Source: Mobula hypostoma (taxonomy: Eukaryota). From it: 64,000 bases of DNA. The stretch lies in contig NC_086097.1 of the NCBI RefSeq assembly GCF_963921235.1, positions 204,416,001 through 204,480,000 on the forward strand, written 5' to 3'. Made by a program: the position numbers and the translations under genes. Below are positions 39,716 through 52,523 of this stretch, one piece after another. The notes beneath the pieces were generated by a model. That model saw nothing but the letters and a program-made list of their open reading frames with translations, made no database searches and had not been told where the DNA came from. Numbering within the stretch: the stretch's first letter is position 1; each line of letters begins with the position of its first letter.

Positions 39716-40319
39716 TGTGTATCACTGAAAATAAATGAATAGTGCTTTAAACTATTTGTCAGCTGGAAGTATCTTCTCCTTGGTAGGGAGAGAGGGCCCA
39801 CCAAGCAAATAGTGCGTTTAGACAGCTAAAATTCGCCAGGGAGAAGTAAACTAATTTTTTGAAGATTGGGTACAATCTTCACTGAGTGAGAGTATTCTTA
39901 GCTATTTATATCTGTATAGGGCTGAAGGTCTTTGTTTGAGTTTAGAATTTTGTGGTTAGCAAACCCAATACCATCACAGACGCAGGCCATGGCTGCCATT
40001 TCCCCTTTGCGTATCCTTGTTATCTCAGTACAATTATGAGTATTCATGGACTCTGTGGATGGTATCTGGGTGGGGGGTGCAAAGCAGTCTATGCATTGAT
40101 CAGGGTAATTGCAGGGAATATGTATAGGAAATAGACTGTTGATGAAATCAATCAGGACACAACAGTAAATTCATGCCAGCCTTATCACTTTAGAAGTCAA
40201 GGTATAAATTAATCAGTTAATTTTATCTTGCTGACTAAATATATCCTAACACTTACCAGGTGTTGTGTATTTAATATTTCAGTAATATTTGATTAATCCT
40301 GTTTATAGGATCTCTATAG

Positions 40320-41245
40320 TAAGCATTCAACTCCCCCCCCCCCACCACCGGTTTTCATATTTTTTTGCAACATTGAATCACAGTGGATTGAATTTTGCTT
40401 TTTTGACAATGATCAAAAGACTCTTTCATGTCAAAGCGAAAACAGATCTCTATAAGGTCATCTAAATTAATTACAAATATAAAACAGAAATAATTAATTG
40501 CATAAGATTTCACCACTTTCAAGCCAGTACTTAGTATATTCACCTTTGGCAGCAATTACAGCCTTGAGTCTGTGTGGATAGGTCACCATCAGCTTTGCAC
40601 ATCTGGACACTGCAATTTTTCCCCATTCTTCTTTACAAAACTGCTCAGACTCTATCAGATTGCATGGGGAATCGTGAATGGACAGGCTTTTTCAAGTCCA
40701 GAAATGAAGTGTCAATTGGAATGAAGACTGGGCACTGACTTAGCCAGTCCAGGATATTAACTTTGTTGTTTTTAAGCCATTCCTGAGTAGCTTTGCTTTA
40801 TGTTTGGGGGCATTGTCTTGCTGGAAAACAAATTTTCTCCCAAGCCGCAGTTCTCTTGCAGACTGCATTTGGTTTTCTCCCAGGATTTCCCTGTATTTTG
40901 CTGTATTCACTTTACCTCTACCTTCACAAGCCTTCCAGGGCCTGCTGCAGTGAAACATCCCCACAGCATGATGCAGCCACCACCGTGCTTCACGGTAGGG
41001 ATGGTGTGTTTTTGATGATGTGCAGTGTTTGGATTTGCCAAACATAGCGTTTAGTCTGACGGACAAAAAGCTCAATTTTGGTTTCATTAGACCATAGAAC
41101 CTACTTCCTGCTGTCTTCAGAGTCTCCCACATCACTTCCGACAAACTCCAGATGAGATTTCATGTGAGTTTTTTTTTCAACAGTGAATTTTTCTTTGCCA
41201 CTCCTCCATAAAGCTGGGACTGGTGATGCACCCAGGCATGGTTTC
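40320..41245 (-). mobile_element. Tc1 transposon, 5'-truncated and frameshifted
   Basis: DETKIEL, WGCF and FQQDNAPKH motifs; degenerate terminal region ~40320-40520. Confidence 0.85.
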
Positions 41246-41589
41246 ATATAACTTTATATGATTCACTCAAGATTAAAGATTATTGATTGTTTTTTCCAGT
41301 ACACAAATGTAAAGGAGAATGAGATAATTGTTACTCCAGCTCTTATGCAGCACAAAAGAAAAAAATACACAATAAGATAAATAATGCAACAATAAAAACA
41401 ATGCAATAAATATAAATACATAAATAGCTTATATACTGTACATAGATTGATTATGTCCATCAAATGAAGCTAGGCTCAGGAGTGTTTGTACATATGTGTG
41501 AAAAGTCCAGCTCTCTTCAGCCTCCCCAGAAAGTAGAGACATTGGTGAGATTTCCTGATTATGTAGGATTGTTCTGAGACCATGAGAGA

Positions 41590-44480
41590 TTATTCAAGTT
41601 CAAGTTTATTTGTCAACTGACTGTGCATATATACAACCAAACAAAATAACATTCCTCCTGACCACGGTGCGCCCACACAACATCTATCACACACACAGCA
41701 CATATATCAGAATATTATACCATAAACATTGAACAATAAACAGCTCACTGTCCTAGTGACAAGACTCCGGTGTTCGCAGGGTATTTATCAGTCTCACAGC
41801 CTGAGTGAAGAAGCTGTTACTCAGTCTGGCAGAGCTAGTCCTAATGCTTCTGTATCTCCTTTCAGATGGTAGTGGATCAAAGAGATTGTGGGTTGGATGG
41901 TAGGGATCCTCTACAATGCTTTGGGTCCTTCGTCTGCAACGCTCCTGGCAAATGTCACAAATGGGGGATGGAGACCCCGGTGATCCTGTCAGCATCAACT
42001 CTGAACTACTCTTGCAGTCCGATGCCTGGTAGTTTCCGTACCACACAATTATGTAGCCAGGTGGGACACTCTCAATGGTACAATTGATATGCAGTAGAGT
42101 GCGGTCAACCTGTGGCTTCCTGAAGTTCACATCATCATCTCCTCGTCTTGTCCACATTGAGACTCAGGATGTTGTTCTCGCAGCACTTGCCAAGCCATAA
42201 GACTGTAAGACCATAAGACAAAGGAGCAGAAGTCGGCCATTCCGCCCATTGAGTCTGCTCCGCCATTTTATCATGAGCTGATCCATTCTCCCATTTAGTC
42301 CCACTCCCCCGCCTTCTCACCATAACCTTTGATGCCCTGGCTACTCAGATACCTATCAATCTCTGCCTTAAATACACCCAATGACTTGGCCTCCACTGCT
42401 GCCCGTGGCAACAAATTCCATAGATTCGCCACCCTCTGGCTAAAAAAATTTGTTCGCATCTCTGTTCTGAATGGGTGCCCTTCAATCCTTAAGTCATGCC
42501 CTCTCGTACTAGACTCCCCCATCATGGGAAACAACTTTGCCACATCCACCCTATCCATGCTTTTCAACATTCGAAATGTTTCTATGGGGTCTCCCCTCAT
42601 TCTTCTAAACTCCAAGGAATACAGTCCAAGAGCGGACAAACGTTGCTCATATGTTAACCCTCTCATTCCCGGAATCATTCTAGTGAATCTTCTCTGTACC
42701 CTCTCCAACGTCAGCACATCCTTTCTTAAATAAGGAGCCCAAAACTGCCCACAGTACTCCAAGTGAGGTCTCACCAGTGCCTTATAGAGCCTCAACATCA
42801 TACCCCTGCTCCTATACTCTATTCCTCTAGAAATGAATGCCAACATTGCATTCGCCTTCTTCACCATGGACTCAACTTGGAGGTCAACCTTAAGGGTATC
42901 CTGTACGAGGACTCCCAAGTCCCGTTGCATCTCAGAACTTTGAATTCTCTGCCTATTTAAATAATAGTCTGCCCGTTTATTTCTTCTGCCAAAGTGCAGA
43001 ACCATACACTTTCCAACATTGTATTTCATTTGCCACTTCTTTACCCATTCTTCCAATCTATCCAAGTCTCTCTGCAGACTCTGTTTCCTCAGCACTACCA
43101 GCTCCTCCACCTATCTTCGTATCATCAGCAAACTTAGCCACAAAGCCATCTATTCCATAATCCAAATCGTTGATGTACAATGTAAAAAGAAGCGGCCCCA
43201 ACACGGACCCCTGTGGAACACCACTGGTAACCGGCAGCCAACCAGAATAGGATCCCTTTATTCCCACTCTCTGTTTCCCGCCAATCAGCCAACGCTCTAC
43301 GCACGTATGTAACCTTCCCATAATTCCATGGGATCTTATCTTGTTAAGTAGCCTCATGTGTGGCACCTTGTCAAAGGCCTTCTGAAAATCCAAGTATACA
43401 ACATCCACTGCGTCTCTCTTGTCTAGCCTACTTGTAATTTCCTCAAAAAATTGTAATAGGTTTGTCAGGCAGGATTTTACTTTAAGGAATCCATGCTGAG
43501 TTCTGCCTATCTTGTCATATGCCTCCAGGTATTCTGTAATCTCATCCTTGACAATCGACTCCAACAACTTCCCAACCACTGATGCCAAGCCTCTTTACCT
43601 CCTCTGTGTGCTGACTCATCATTGTTGCTGATGAGGCCAACCACTGTAGTATCATTAGCAAACTTAATGATGCAATTTGAGCTGAATCTGGCAGTGCAGT
43701 TGTGAATCAGCAACGTAAACAGTAGCAGACTGAGAACACAATCCTGGGAGGCACCAGTGCTCAGCATGATGGAACTTGAGATGTTGCTGCCAACCTGGAC
43801 TGACTGGGGTCTTTCCATCAAGACTTCCAAGAATTAGTTACAGAGTGGGGTGTTGAGTCCCAATGACAGTTGACCCACCAGCCAGTGAGGGATGATCATG
43901 TTAAAGATGTCCGTTAAGACCTCTGTTAGCAGAGCTGCACAGTCCTTCAGCCCCTGACCAGATATATTGCCTGGCTCTGTAGCTTTGCATGAGTTTACTA
44001 TGACTAGGGTCCTCCTCACCTTGGCTGCAGCCAAACAGGGATGCCTGTTTCTCAGGTAGAGAGGAAGCTTTCCTCAATATCACATCAGTCATTTGGTCAA
44101 ATTGTGCATAGAAAGCATTCTATCTAACAGGAAGGGAGACATTGCTATCACTGATACACAGGGTGGACTTGTAATTGCTGATGGTTTGTACACCTTGCCA
44201 TATCAGCCATGTGTCCCTGGTGTCTGTGCATTTTCTTTGCATAGTCAAGCTTTGTCTTCCTGATGGCACAGTAGAGTGTGGATTTTGTTGACTTTAGAGT
44301 CATCCTGTCCCCCGATCTGAAAGCAGTGTTCTGGTCCCTAAGCAGTGCATGAACCTCTGATGTCAGCTACGATTTCTCGTTTGTCCTGACAGTGCAATGT
44401 TTAACACAGTAGCATCCTCAATGCACTTTCCTATATAGCCTGTCTCTGATCCCACATATTCATCAATGTTGCTCAATGAC
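41590..44480 (-). mobile_element. Degraded Rex1/Babar LINE, interrupted by CR1
   Basis: GASQDCVLSLLLFTL, IIKFANDTTVVGLI, NSFFTQAVRLIN; deletions. Confidence 0.75.
42197..43582 (-). mobile_element. CR1 3' part (different subfamily) nested in Rex/Babar
   Basis: ORFs 43058-43588 and 42295-43110 (one frameshift); (TCTTATGG)n tail; TGCCAAGCC duplicated at 42188-42196 and 43583-43591. Confidence 0.95.
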
Positions 44481-44544
44481 TGTAGGTAGCTGGTTGCCTG
44501 AATGTGCTCCAGTCCAGGCTTTTGAAGCTGTCGCACAGTGCCAA

Positions 44545-45150
44545 GGTTGTGTGAGATGTGTACTCCCATGTGTTTGAAACTGCTCACAGTTTAAATTGCT
44601 GTGCCTCCAATGTAGAGAGGGGGTTGAGTGGTGTGAATTCTCCTGAAGTCAATACCCATCTCCGTTGTCTTGTTGACATTGAAGTTATTTGCCTCCTCTT
44701 TGTAGGCTGTCTCATCATTGCTGTTGACGAGCTCCACTGCTGCCATCTCTTTGGTAAAGTTGACAATGTGGTTACACAGGTATATATATGGCTGTGTGAG
44801 CAGAGTGTACAGCAATGGGCTCATCACACAGCCCTGGAGGGCACCCATGTGGAGAATGATCCTGCAGGAGGAGCAGTTGTGCGTCCTGACTATCTGAGGT
44901 CTGTTGTTTAGGAAGTCCAACACCCAGTTGTACAGTGGTGTCCTTAAACCAAGGAGAAGGTGTTTGTTCACCAAGGTCTGTGGAACAATAGTACTGAGTG
45001 CCAAACTGAAATCCAGAAACAGAATTCTGACATTAGTGTCCTTGTTTTCTAGTGGTGCCAGAGCCCGGTGCATGACAGATGCTGGAGCGGTTCTGTCAGT
45101 AAACAAACTGCTGAGTGTACAAAGTGGCAGGAATGGAATTTTTGTTATGT
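44545..45150 (-). mobile_element. Rex1/Babar RT fragment
   Basis: VRILFLDFSLALSTIVP, GALQGCVMSPLLYTL. Confidence 0.8.
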
Positions 45151-45630
45151 GCCATTACCAGCTGTAATCCCCTACACTCCAAGGAATAAAGTCTTAGCCG
45201 GTCCAACTCCTCTTCATAACTCAGTCTCTCCAGTCCTGCAACATTCTTGTAAATCTTTTCTACACTCTCTCCAGTTTAATAACAGCTTTCATATAGCAGG
45301 GTGGCCAAAACTGAGGGGCCAGAGCACCCCCCAACTGAATATGAAGGCCAGCATGCCAAAAGCCTTCTTCATCACTTCGACAGATTATGACTCCACTTTC
45401 AGTGAACCATATACTTGTACTCCAAGGTCCATCTGTCCGACAACAATATTCAGGCCCTGTGAAAGCCTTTGCTGGATTTGACTTTCCAAAATATAATATT
45501 TCACATTTAACCAAATTAAACTATTTTCCATTCAATGGCTCACTCACTCCGATGATCAAAATCTCCCTGTAATTTTTGATAATTTTCACTGTCCCCTATA
45601 CCACCTATTTTAGTGTAATCTGCAAACAAT
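45150..45630 (-). mobile_element. Old CR1 RT fragment
   Basis: KCEILYFG, QFWPP and LERV remnants. Confidence 0.65.
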
Positions 45631-46499
45631 AACTATTCTTTGTACATGGCTTTGATGATCTCAGTTTAAAGAGCCACATTTGCATCTTATTCTTTCGTGC
45701 TGAGATTTAGATTCAGATTTATTTATTGCCTGAAGAGTGAAATGCATCATTTGCACGAACGAACAATTTACCAAATGATATGCGCAAGTGCCACTACCCA
45801 TTCCAGTGCCAATAATCTGCCCACAATATTCGATGGAATAACACAAGCAGTGACAAATACAACAAAAGTAGCCCCTTTCCCACCTTCCGACCTACCTACC
45901 AAGTCACACACACAAAGAGGACTTGACTCTGTGATATGACGACATGACCTATCAAGTAAATACCCTCAGTTTGAATTTTAGTTTCTGTGCACACTTCAAC
46001 TGCATCTGTGCTTCTCTTCATTAAAATTCTCGTCTGTAATGACGAAGTCTGACTCTACATCTACAACACTCTTTTCTTCAACAAAGAGAATATCATTAGC
46101 TGCGTTCTTCATGCCATCAAGTTTATTAAATGTCTGATCCATCCTTTAATGAAACTGTATGTCTCAGATTGACCTAATACTTCAGCCAGGATTGCTCCCA
46201 AAAGATCATTGAAAACAGCTTCATTGCTGAGCTCTGTGTCAAAATTCTTTGATGATTTTTCTTCATCTGGTAATTTGCTGCTATGTTCAGTGTAAGCATG
46301 CAAGAAATTAATATTTTTTCTTTCTGCAAATGGCTCACCACACACACTACTGGAGTCTTTGAAAGCTGTTTTTATTTACTTTGGATAGTATTTCTTTAAA
46401 GCTGTATTTCTGACAAAAGATAGATTCTCAGAGAAAAATCCAAGTAGCAAAATAAGATCACAACAGGCAAAAGAACAGAAAGCCTTTCTTTGCTGAATT

Positions 46500-46712
46500 G
46501 AAGAAGAAAGCTCTTAACTCCAAGTGGAGTCATCGGGACACTGTCATGACAGCGCTTTTTTTTAGCAGGCTTTCTTATTTTTATGAGACTGAGTTGCTAG
46601 CTCGACGCTCAACCCAGCACGGATGGAATGTGTGCAAGGGAGCCAGCTGGATTCGAGCTCTGGAGCCTTCGCTCCAAAGACCGGCGCTGATGCCAGTTCG
46701 CCACCAGCCGGC
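46500..46712 (-). mobile_element. tRNA-derived SINE
   Basis: Minus strand GCCGGCTGGTGGCGAACTGG (A box), GCTCGAATCC (B box-like), body GCGTCGAGCTAGCAACTC, tail GAGTTAAGAGCTTTCTTCTTC. Confidence 0.7.
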
Positions 46713-47421
46713 TATTTGCCAAATTAGTACAGAGTAAATCTATTACAGAAGCATAATATTAAATAAATGTAATGGTAGAGATCTAGAAAATTATAAGGCT
46801 AGCAGGAAGGAGCTTAAGAATGAAATTAGGAGAGCTAGAAGGGCAATAAGAAGGCCTTGGTGAGCAAGATTTATGAAAACCCCAAGGCATTCTACAAGTA
46901 TGTGAAGAGCAAGAGGATAAGATGAGAGAATAGGACCAATCAAGTGTGACAGTGGAAAACTGTGTATGGAACCGGAGGAGATAGTGGAGGTACTTAATGA
47001 ATACTTTGCTTCAGTATTCACTGAGAAAAAGGACCTTGGCGATTGTAGGGATAACGTATGGCGAACTGAAAAGCTTGAGCATACAGGTATTAAGAGGACG
47101 TGCTGGAGCTTTTTGAAAGCATCAAGTTGGATAAGTCACCAGGACTGGACAAAATATACTCCAGGCTACTGTGGGAAGCGAGGGAGGAGATTGCTGATCC
47201 TCTGACAATGGTCTTTGCATCATCAATTGGGATGGGAGAAGTTCCAGAGAATTGGAGGGTTGCAGATGTTCCCTTATTTTATAAAGGGAGTAGAGATAGC
47301 CCAGGAAAACATAGACCACTGAGTCTTAATTCAGTGGTTGGTAAGTTGATGGAAAAGATCCTGAGAGGCAGGAGTTATGAACATTTAGACAGGCATAATA
47401 TGATTAGGAATAGTCAGCATG

Positions 47422-47584
47422 TCGAGATTGCAACTCGACCTTGTGAAATAAATGGAAAAATGTTGCGAAAATGTCTGTGTGGGGAGTGGCGTGCCACGCA
47501 GTCTCTCTCTCTGGCTCCGCACCTTGTAAAAGCATGAAAAAGACATCATCGTGCACATGCACACATGCACACGCCAAAAAAAAT
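47422..47584 (+). mobile_element. 163-bp A-tailed retroposed insert (5'-truncated SINE)
   Basis: Perfect 15-bp TSD GGAATAGTCAGCATG at 47407-47421 and 47585-47599; ends in an A-run. Confidence 0.85.
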
Positions 47585-48339
47585 GGAATAGTCAGCATGG
47601 CTTTTTTATGCCTTACAAGCCTGAATGAATTTTTTGAGGATGTACCAAAACACATTGCTGAAGGTAGAGCAGTAGATATAGTGTATATGGATTTCAGCAA
47701 GGTATTTGATAAGGTACCCAATGCAAGGCTTAATGAGAAAGTAAGGAGGCATAGGATCCAAAGGGACCTTGCTTTGTGGATCCAGAATTGGCTTGCCCAC
47801 AGAAGGCAAAGAGTGGTTGTAGACGGGTCATATTCTGCATGGAGGTCAGTGACCAGTGGTGTGCCTCAGGGATCTGTTCGGAGACCCCTTCTCTTCATTT
47901 TTATAACTGATCTGGATGAGGAAGTGAAGGGATGTGTTAGTAAATTTGCTGATGACACAAAGGTTGGGGGTGTTGTGGATAGTGTGGAGGGCTGTCAGGG
48001 ATAACAGCGGGACATCGATAGTATGCAAAATTGGGCTGAGAAGTGGCAGATGGAGTTCATCTCAGATAAGTGTGAGCATTGGTAGGTCAAATATGATGGC
48101 AGAATATAGTATTAATGTTAAGACTCTTGGCAGTGTGGAGGATCAGAGGGATCTTGGGGTCCGAGTCCACATAACACTCAAAGCTTCTGCGCAGGTTGAC
48201 TGCGTGGTTGAGAAGGCATACGGTGCATTGGCCCTCATTAACCGTGGGATTGAGTTTAAGAGCCCAGAGGCAATGTTACAGCTTTGTAGGACCCTGGTCA
48301 GACCCCACTTGGAGTACTGTGCTCATTTCTTGTCATCCT

Positions 48340-49490
48340 GTTAGGGCTCCGGTCACCCGGGTATTTTCTAAAAAGTTACGGTCGCAGGCTCCCTAGTAGA
48401 TGCCGTTGGCCAGCACCCACTGTCTAACAACCCGGGTGACCTCACTGACAGTATCCCATTGCAGGCGCCCGTGTAGATCCCACTCCAGGAGGGTGAGGTA
48501 TCGGACCCTCACAGCGGTCACCACCCGAACCTACAGGGTAGAGCCTTCCCGGATCTCTGGCTGCGGCGCCCGTAGGGCGTTGTTGATGCTTTGTTGTCAG
48601 AGAGGCTCCCCAGCGCGCTTGCCTGTTGATGAGAGAGGCTCAAGTCAGGGGCCCCCTCATCCCACAGCAGGAGCAGCCACGCGGCCAGGTGCTCGCCCGG
48701 CCGTTGGCGATACTGATCTACCAGCTGGGTCAGCTCCTTTGGGGAAAAATCCCAGGTCTCGGTGGTCTCGAAGGGACCACCGGCATGCCTCTCTGCGGCT
48801 TGGTCATCCTCATCTCCCCCCTCTCTGCGGTGGACCTGGGACTGTGTGGTGACGGGTCGAGCGTGCGGGGGTTTAGGTGCATAGGGGGGAGGGCGGTTGT
48901 GGGACCTAGGCTCTTCGGGCACCCCCTCATCACTGTTTAGCCATATATCCCTGTCCCCAGCCACGCGTCCAGCTTGTCACCGTGCTGGACCAGGGCTCGA
49001 ATTTTTAGCGGTCCAGCTGCTAGCCAGACCGGCGGGCTGCCCGCGCCTGCTGCAGCTGTATTAGCCCGCAGACGACTTCAGTCCCCCTGGCCTTGACATC
49101 GTTGGCTGAAGTCTGGGCAGCTTGTACAGCCTCCTGCGGCAAGCAGCAGGCGCTGTCGGAGCTCTTTTCACTCCCTGCCCTTGTTGGATCTGGCCAGAAA
49201 CCCTAAAATGGTGTTTCAGGTGGGACGCGAGCAGCCAAAAGGCACCTCTTTGACTCCCTTTGGCTTTGAGGAACCCTGACTTCTTAAGGAGGGAGACCAT
49301 GTGGTGCCCCAGTTTCTCGCCACGTGGGTTCAACTGCTCGGACCAGTCCACCAGTTTACTGTGGTCCACCAGCAGGCTGGCCAAGCGCTCAAATCCCTCT
49401 CTCTCTCTCTCCCTCTCTCTCATCGGTCCACCCGGGAATTCTATCCTCGGTGCCTGCACTAGCTTTTTTGCCCCTGTTCCAGAATACTAT
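48340..49490 (-). pseudogene. gag: Disrupted ERV-L/Fv1-like gag
   Basis: DFSPKELTQLVDQYRQRPGEHLAAWLLLLWDEGA and QWDTVSEVTRVVRQWVLANGIY resemble ERV-L gag motifs; a GA repeat shifts the frame near 49400. Confidence 0.7.
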
Positions 49491-49522
49491 CCCATGCCTG
49501 TGTCCAGCCAAGACCTCTGAAG

Positions 49523-49539
49523 CCCTGCTCGCAGCACCA
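49523..49539 (-). promoter_or_regulatory. Primer-binding site, tRNA-Ser-like
   Basis: Plus strand CCCTGCTCGCAGCACCA versus recalled vertebrate tRNA-Ser(TGA) 3' end CCCTGCTCGCTGCGCCA (2 mismatches); 2 nt from the LTR CA end. Confidence 0.7.
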
Positions 49540-50042
49540 ATTGTTGTAAATGAGGAAACTGTTTCAATAGGTCTCAAAAGGTGAGGACTCTGGACACAGT
49601 CTTGATAGTAAAGGATTTTATTTACAGAAGGCAAACGTGGGAAAATGGCAACAGAAACAACACGCACACGCACACAATTCACAGTAGTCGAATCAGCAAT
49701 AAAACACACACAGACAATTAATAAAATCGCGTGGGAACAAAGTACACACACATACACAAACACACACACAACCAAGGGAAAAGTCAATGCGATACCCGAC
49801 ACCTCTTGACTCTGGGCGGTCAGGACTCTTCTGTTTAGGGACAATATCCACACCCAACCCTATTCAATTCACAACTCACCAATGGCAGGGTGGTCCCTCG
49901 GAGGTAGCAAAAAAGAGAAAGGGTCTGTCTGTCTGTATCTTGTTTTACGGCGGTTGGCATCCAGCTTAATGGTGCATTACCCCCACCCTCTGCTCCAGAA
50001 TGTGCACTAGACATACATTCTAAATCCCTTCACCCAATCGCG

Positions 50043-50046
<4 letters not shown>

Positions 50047-50132
<86 letters not shown>
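50047..50132. repeat. (AC)n microsatellite in the LINE 3' UTR
   Basis: Direct reading. Confidence 0.95.
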
Positions 50133-50138
<6 letters not shown>

Positions 50139-50753
50139 CAAACCTACACTTCACCCTCCCATCTTTGACCATCCTAGTATCCTATTCCTGTTTATTCATC
50201 ATATTCTATAAAAGCCCCTGTACTCCTTAAAAACGCTAAAAATACCCGGACTTGTGCTCTCTTACCCATGCCCAGCAACCCTTTTAGCCTTTTAGTGTGA
50301 ATTCCTGCATCCCCAACTCCCTTAATTTATTTCTCATCATCTCTCCCTGTATCCCATACTTCCTGCAACACAAAACTACATGTTCTACTGACTCCTCTTC
50401 CTGACATTCCTCACACAATCCTGTCTGGTGTTTCCCTATCATTTTCAATGTTTTGTTTAATGCACAATGCCCCAGCCTTAACCTAGTCCACACAATTTCC
50501 TCTCTTCTGTTTCCATTACCTACCCTAGTAACTGCAACACTCTTTTGTATTTGATATAAATGCCTCCCTTTCCCCTCCCTGTCTCATCTTTCTTGCCACA
50601 TTCGGTTGACTTTTTCCCAGATTACACACTTAACCTCTGCTTTGCTGATACTAATGTGCATTTCCACATTTTCTTTCTTTAACGCCCACTTTGCCAACTC
50701 ATCCACCCTCTCATTCCCCTTCACCCCTACATGTGCTGGAACCCATAGAAATT

Positions 50754-52523
50754 TTACCTGACCTCCCTGATTTGCAATTCTTGTAACTTCCTTATTTCAG
50801 TCTCTAACATAATCACTGAGTCCATGGAATTCCTTCCCTTTCTAAAATCACTCTGATAACTTGCCAGCATTCCCCTTTTCTCAAGCTCATATGATAACCT
50901 TTCTGTTATCATCCTTTCCATTATCTTACATATACTTGATGTTAATGCAATTGGTCTGTAGCTAGTGGGTTTTGACAGATCCTTGCCAGGCTTCCTTATT
51001 GGAATTACTACTGCTTCTTTCCATGCACTTGGTAATCTTCCCTCCTCCCACACTCTGTTATAAAAATGCAGCAACTTCAAGAGCGCTCCTTCTCCCAGAT
51101 TTTTTAGCATCACAGAGCATATCAGATCTTTCCCTGGGGAGGTTGGTCTCGATCTCTTTATTGCTCTCACCATTTCTGCTAATGTAAATGGATCATCAGT
51201 TATATCATCTGTTCCTTCCCTCCTGCTTAACACACCTGGGTGTTGGCTCATTATTCTTTCCCTTCTTCTTCTCCCTTCTTCAGACAAATTTTCTGAACTG
51301 TGTATCAGTACAAATGACTTGGCCATAACCTCAGCCTTATCCCTACTGGAGACTGCAGTTTCCTCCTCAGATATCACTACTGGATATTCCCATTCCCTTC
51401 TATCTCCTCCCATCCTCTTAATCATTCCCCATATCTCTCCCACAGGTGTTGTTCTTCCTACCTTGTCACAAAAACTCCTCCAACTTGCCCTTTTAGCTTG
51501 ACGTATAGTTCTTCTCACCACTGCCTGTGCTTTCTTATATTGAACCAAATGCTGCATATTATGAGTTCTTTTAACTAGCCTGAATGCTCTATTCTGTTTT
51601 TTTACAGCCTGACAACATTCCTCTGTCCACCATGGTACCAGTTTTCTATTCATCCTATTTTTACTCCTAGGTATAGATCCTTCTGCTGCCATGATCATTG
51701 CTGAAGTCACCTGACTGTTTAATTCATCTACATTTCCATAAATATCAATCTTTGTCAACCCTTCTTCACTCAATTTCTGGAATTTACCCCAATCAGCTTT
51801 TTCAAACACCCACTTTGGGGTTCCGCCACCTGGTCTTACTTCAACTCTTTCACCCACTGAACACAAAACTGGGTAGTGATCACTGCCTACTGTTGAAGCA
51901 GTCCAAACTCCCCAGTTACTAATGCCAGCCAAGGTATTAGACACTAACGTAATATCTAACACTGACTCAGTTCCTGTTGTTATATCTATCCTTGTGCCGC
52001 TACCATCATTCATACACACCAAATCCCTTTCTTCCATCAAATCTTCAATTAACTTTCCATTTGGATCTGTAATCTGATCCCCCCATATTGTGCTATGAGC
52101 ATTGAAATCTGCACACCACACTACTTTATGTCTGTTTTGTCCTTGTATCTTTAATAGGCTGTCCAAATCCAACCTTTTACATGGATTGTAGTAGTTAATT
52201 ATAACCACTCCCTCCCCTCTCTCCCACACTTCCACCACTATGTATTCCTGATCATCTCCTTTTTCCAGTACCCTATATGGTATACCTTGCTTGATTAACA
52301 TAGCACAACCCCCTCCTCTCCCTAGATTTCTATCTTTCCTTATCATTGTATACCCATATACCACAAAGTCTAAAGTTGGTTTCAACCAAGTTTCCTGAAC
52401 ACACAGTACATCCGGTTTTACAACCATTACTTTAATAAAGTGCTTGAATTCCTGGCTATTGGCCAGTAAGCTCCTTGCATTCCATTGTAAAAGAATCACC
52501 ATAATTAGTATTAACCAACACAT
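50754..52523 (-). CDS. LINE ORF2 N-terminal part (APE endonuclease + start of RT), open for 589 aa
   Basis: Uninterrupted ORF with APE motifs; cut off by the internal deletion near 50780. Confidence 0.8.
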   Translation of the reverse strand: MCWLILIMVILLQWNARSLLANSQEFKHFIKVMVVKPDVLCVQETWLKPTLDFVVYGYTMIRKDRNLGRGGGCAMLIKQGIPYRVLEKGDDQEYIVVEVWERGEGVVIINYYNPCKRLDLDSLLKIQGQNRHKVVWCADFNAHSTIWGDQITDPNGKLIEDLMEERDLVCMNDGSGTRIDITTGTESVLDITLVSNTLAGISNWGVWTASTVGSDHYPVLCSVGERVEVRPGGGTPKWVFEKADWGKFQKLSEEGLTKIDIYGNVDELNSQVTSAMIMAAEGSIPRSKNRMNRKLVPWWTEECCQAVKKQNRAFRLVKRTHNMQHLVQYKKAQAVVRRTIRQAKRASWRSFCDKVGRTTPVGEIWGMIKRMGGDRREWEYPVVISEEETAVSSRDKAEVMAKSFVLIHSSENLSEEGRRRRERIMSQHPGVLSRREGTDDITDDPFTLAEMVRAIKRSRPTSPGKDLICSVMLKNLGEGALLKLLHFYNRVWEEGRLPSAWKEAVVIPIRKPGKDLSKPTSYRPIALTSSICKIMERMITERLSYELEKRGMLASYQSDFRKGRNSMDSVIMLETEIRKLQELQIREVR

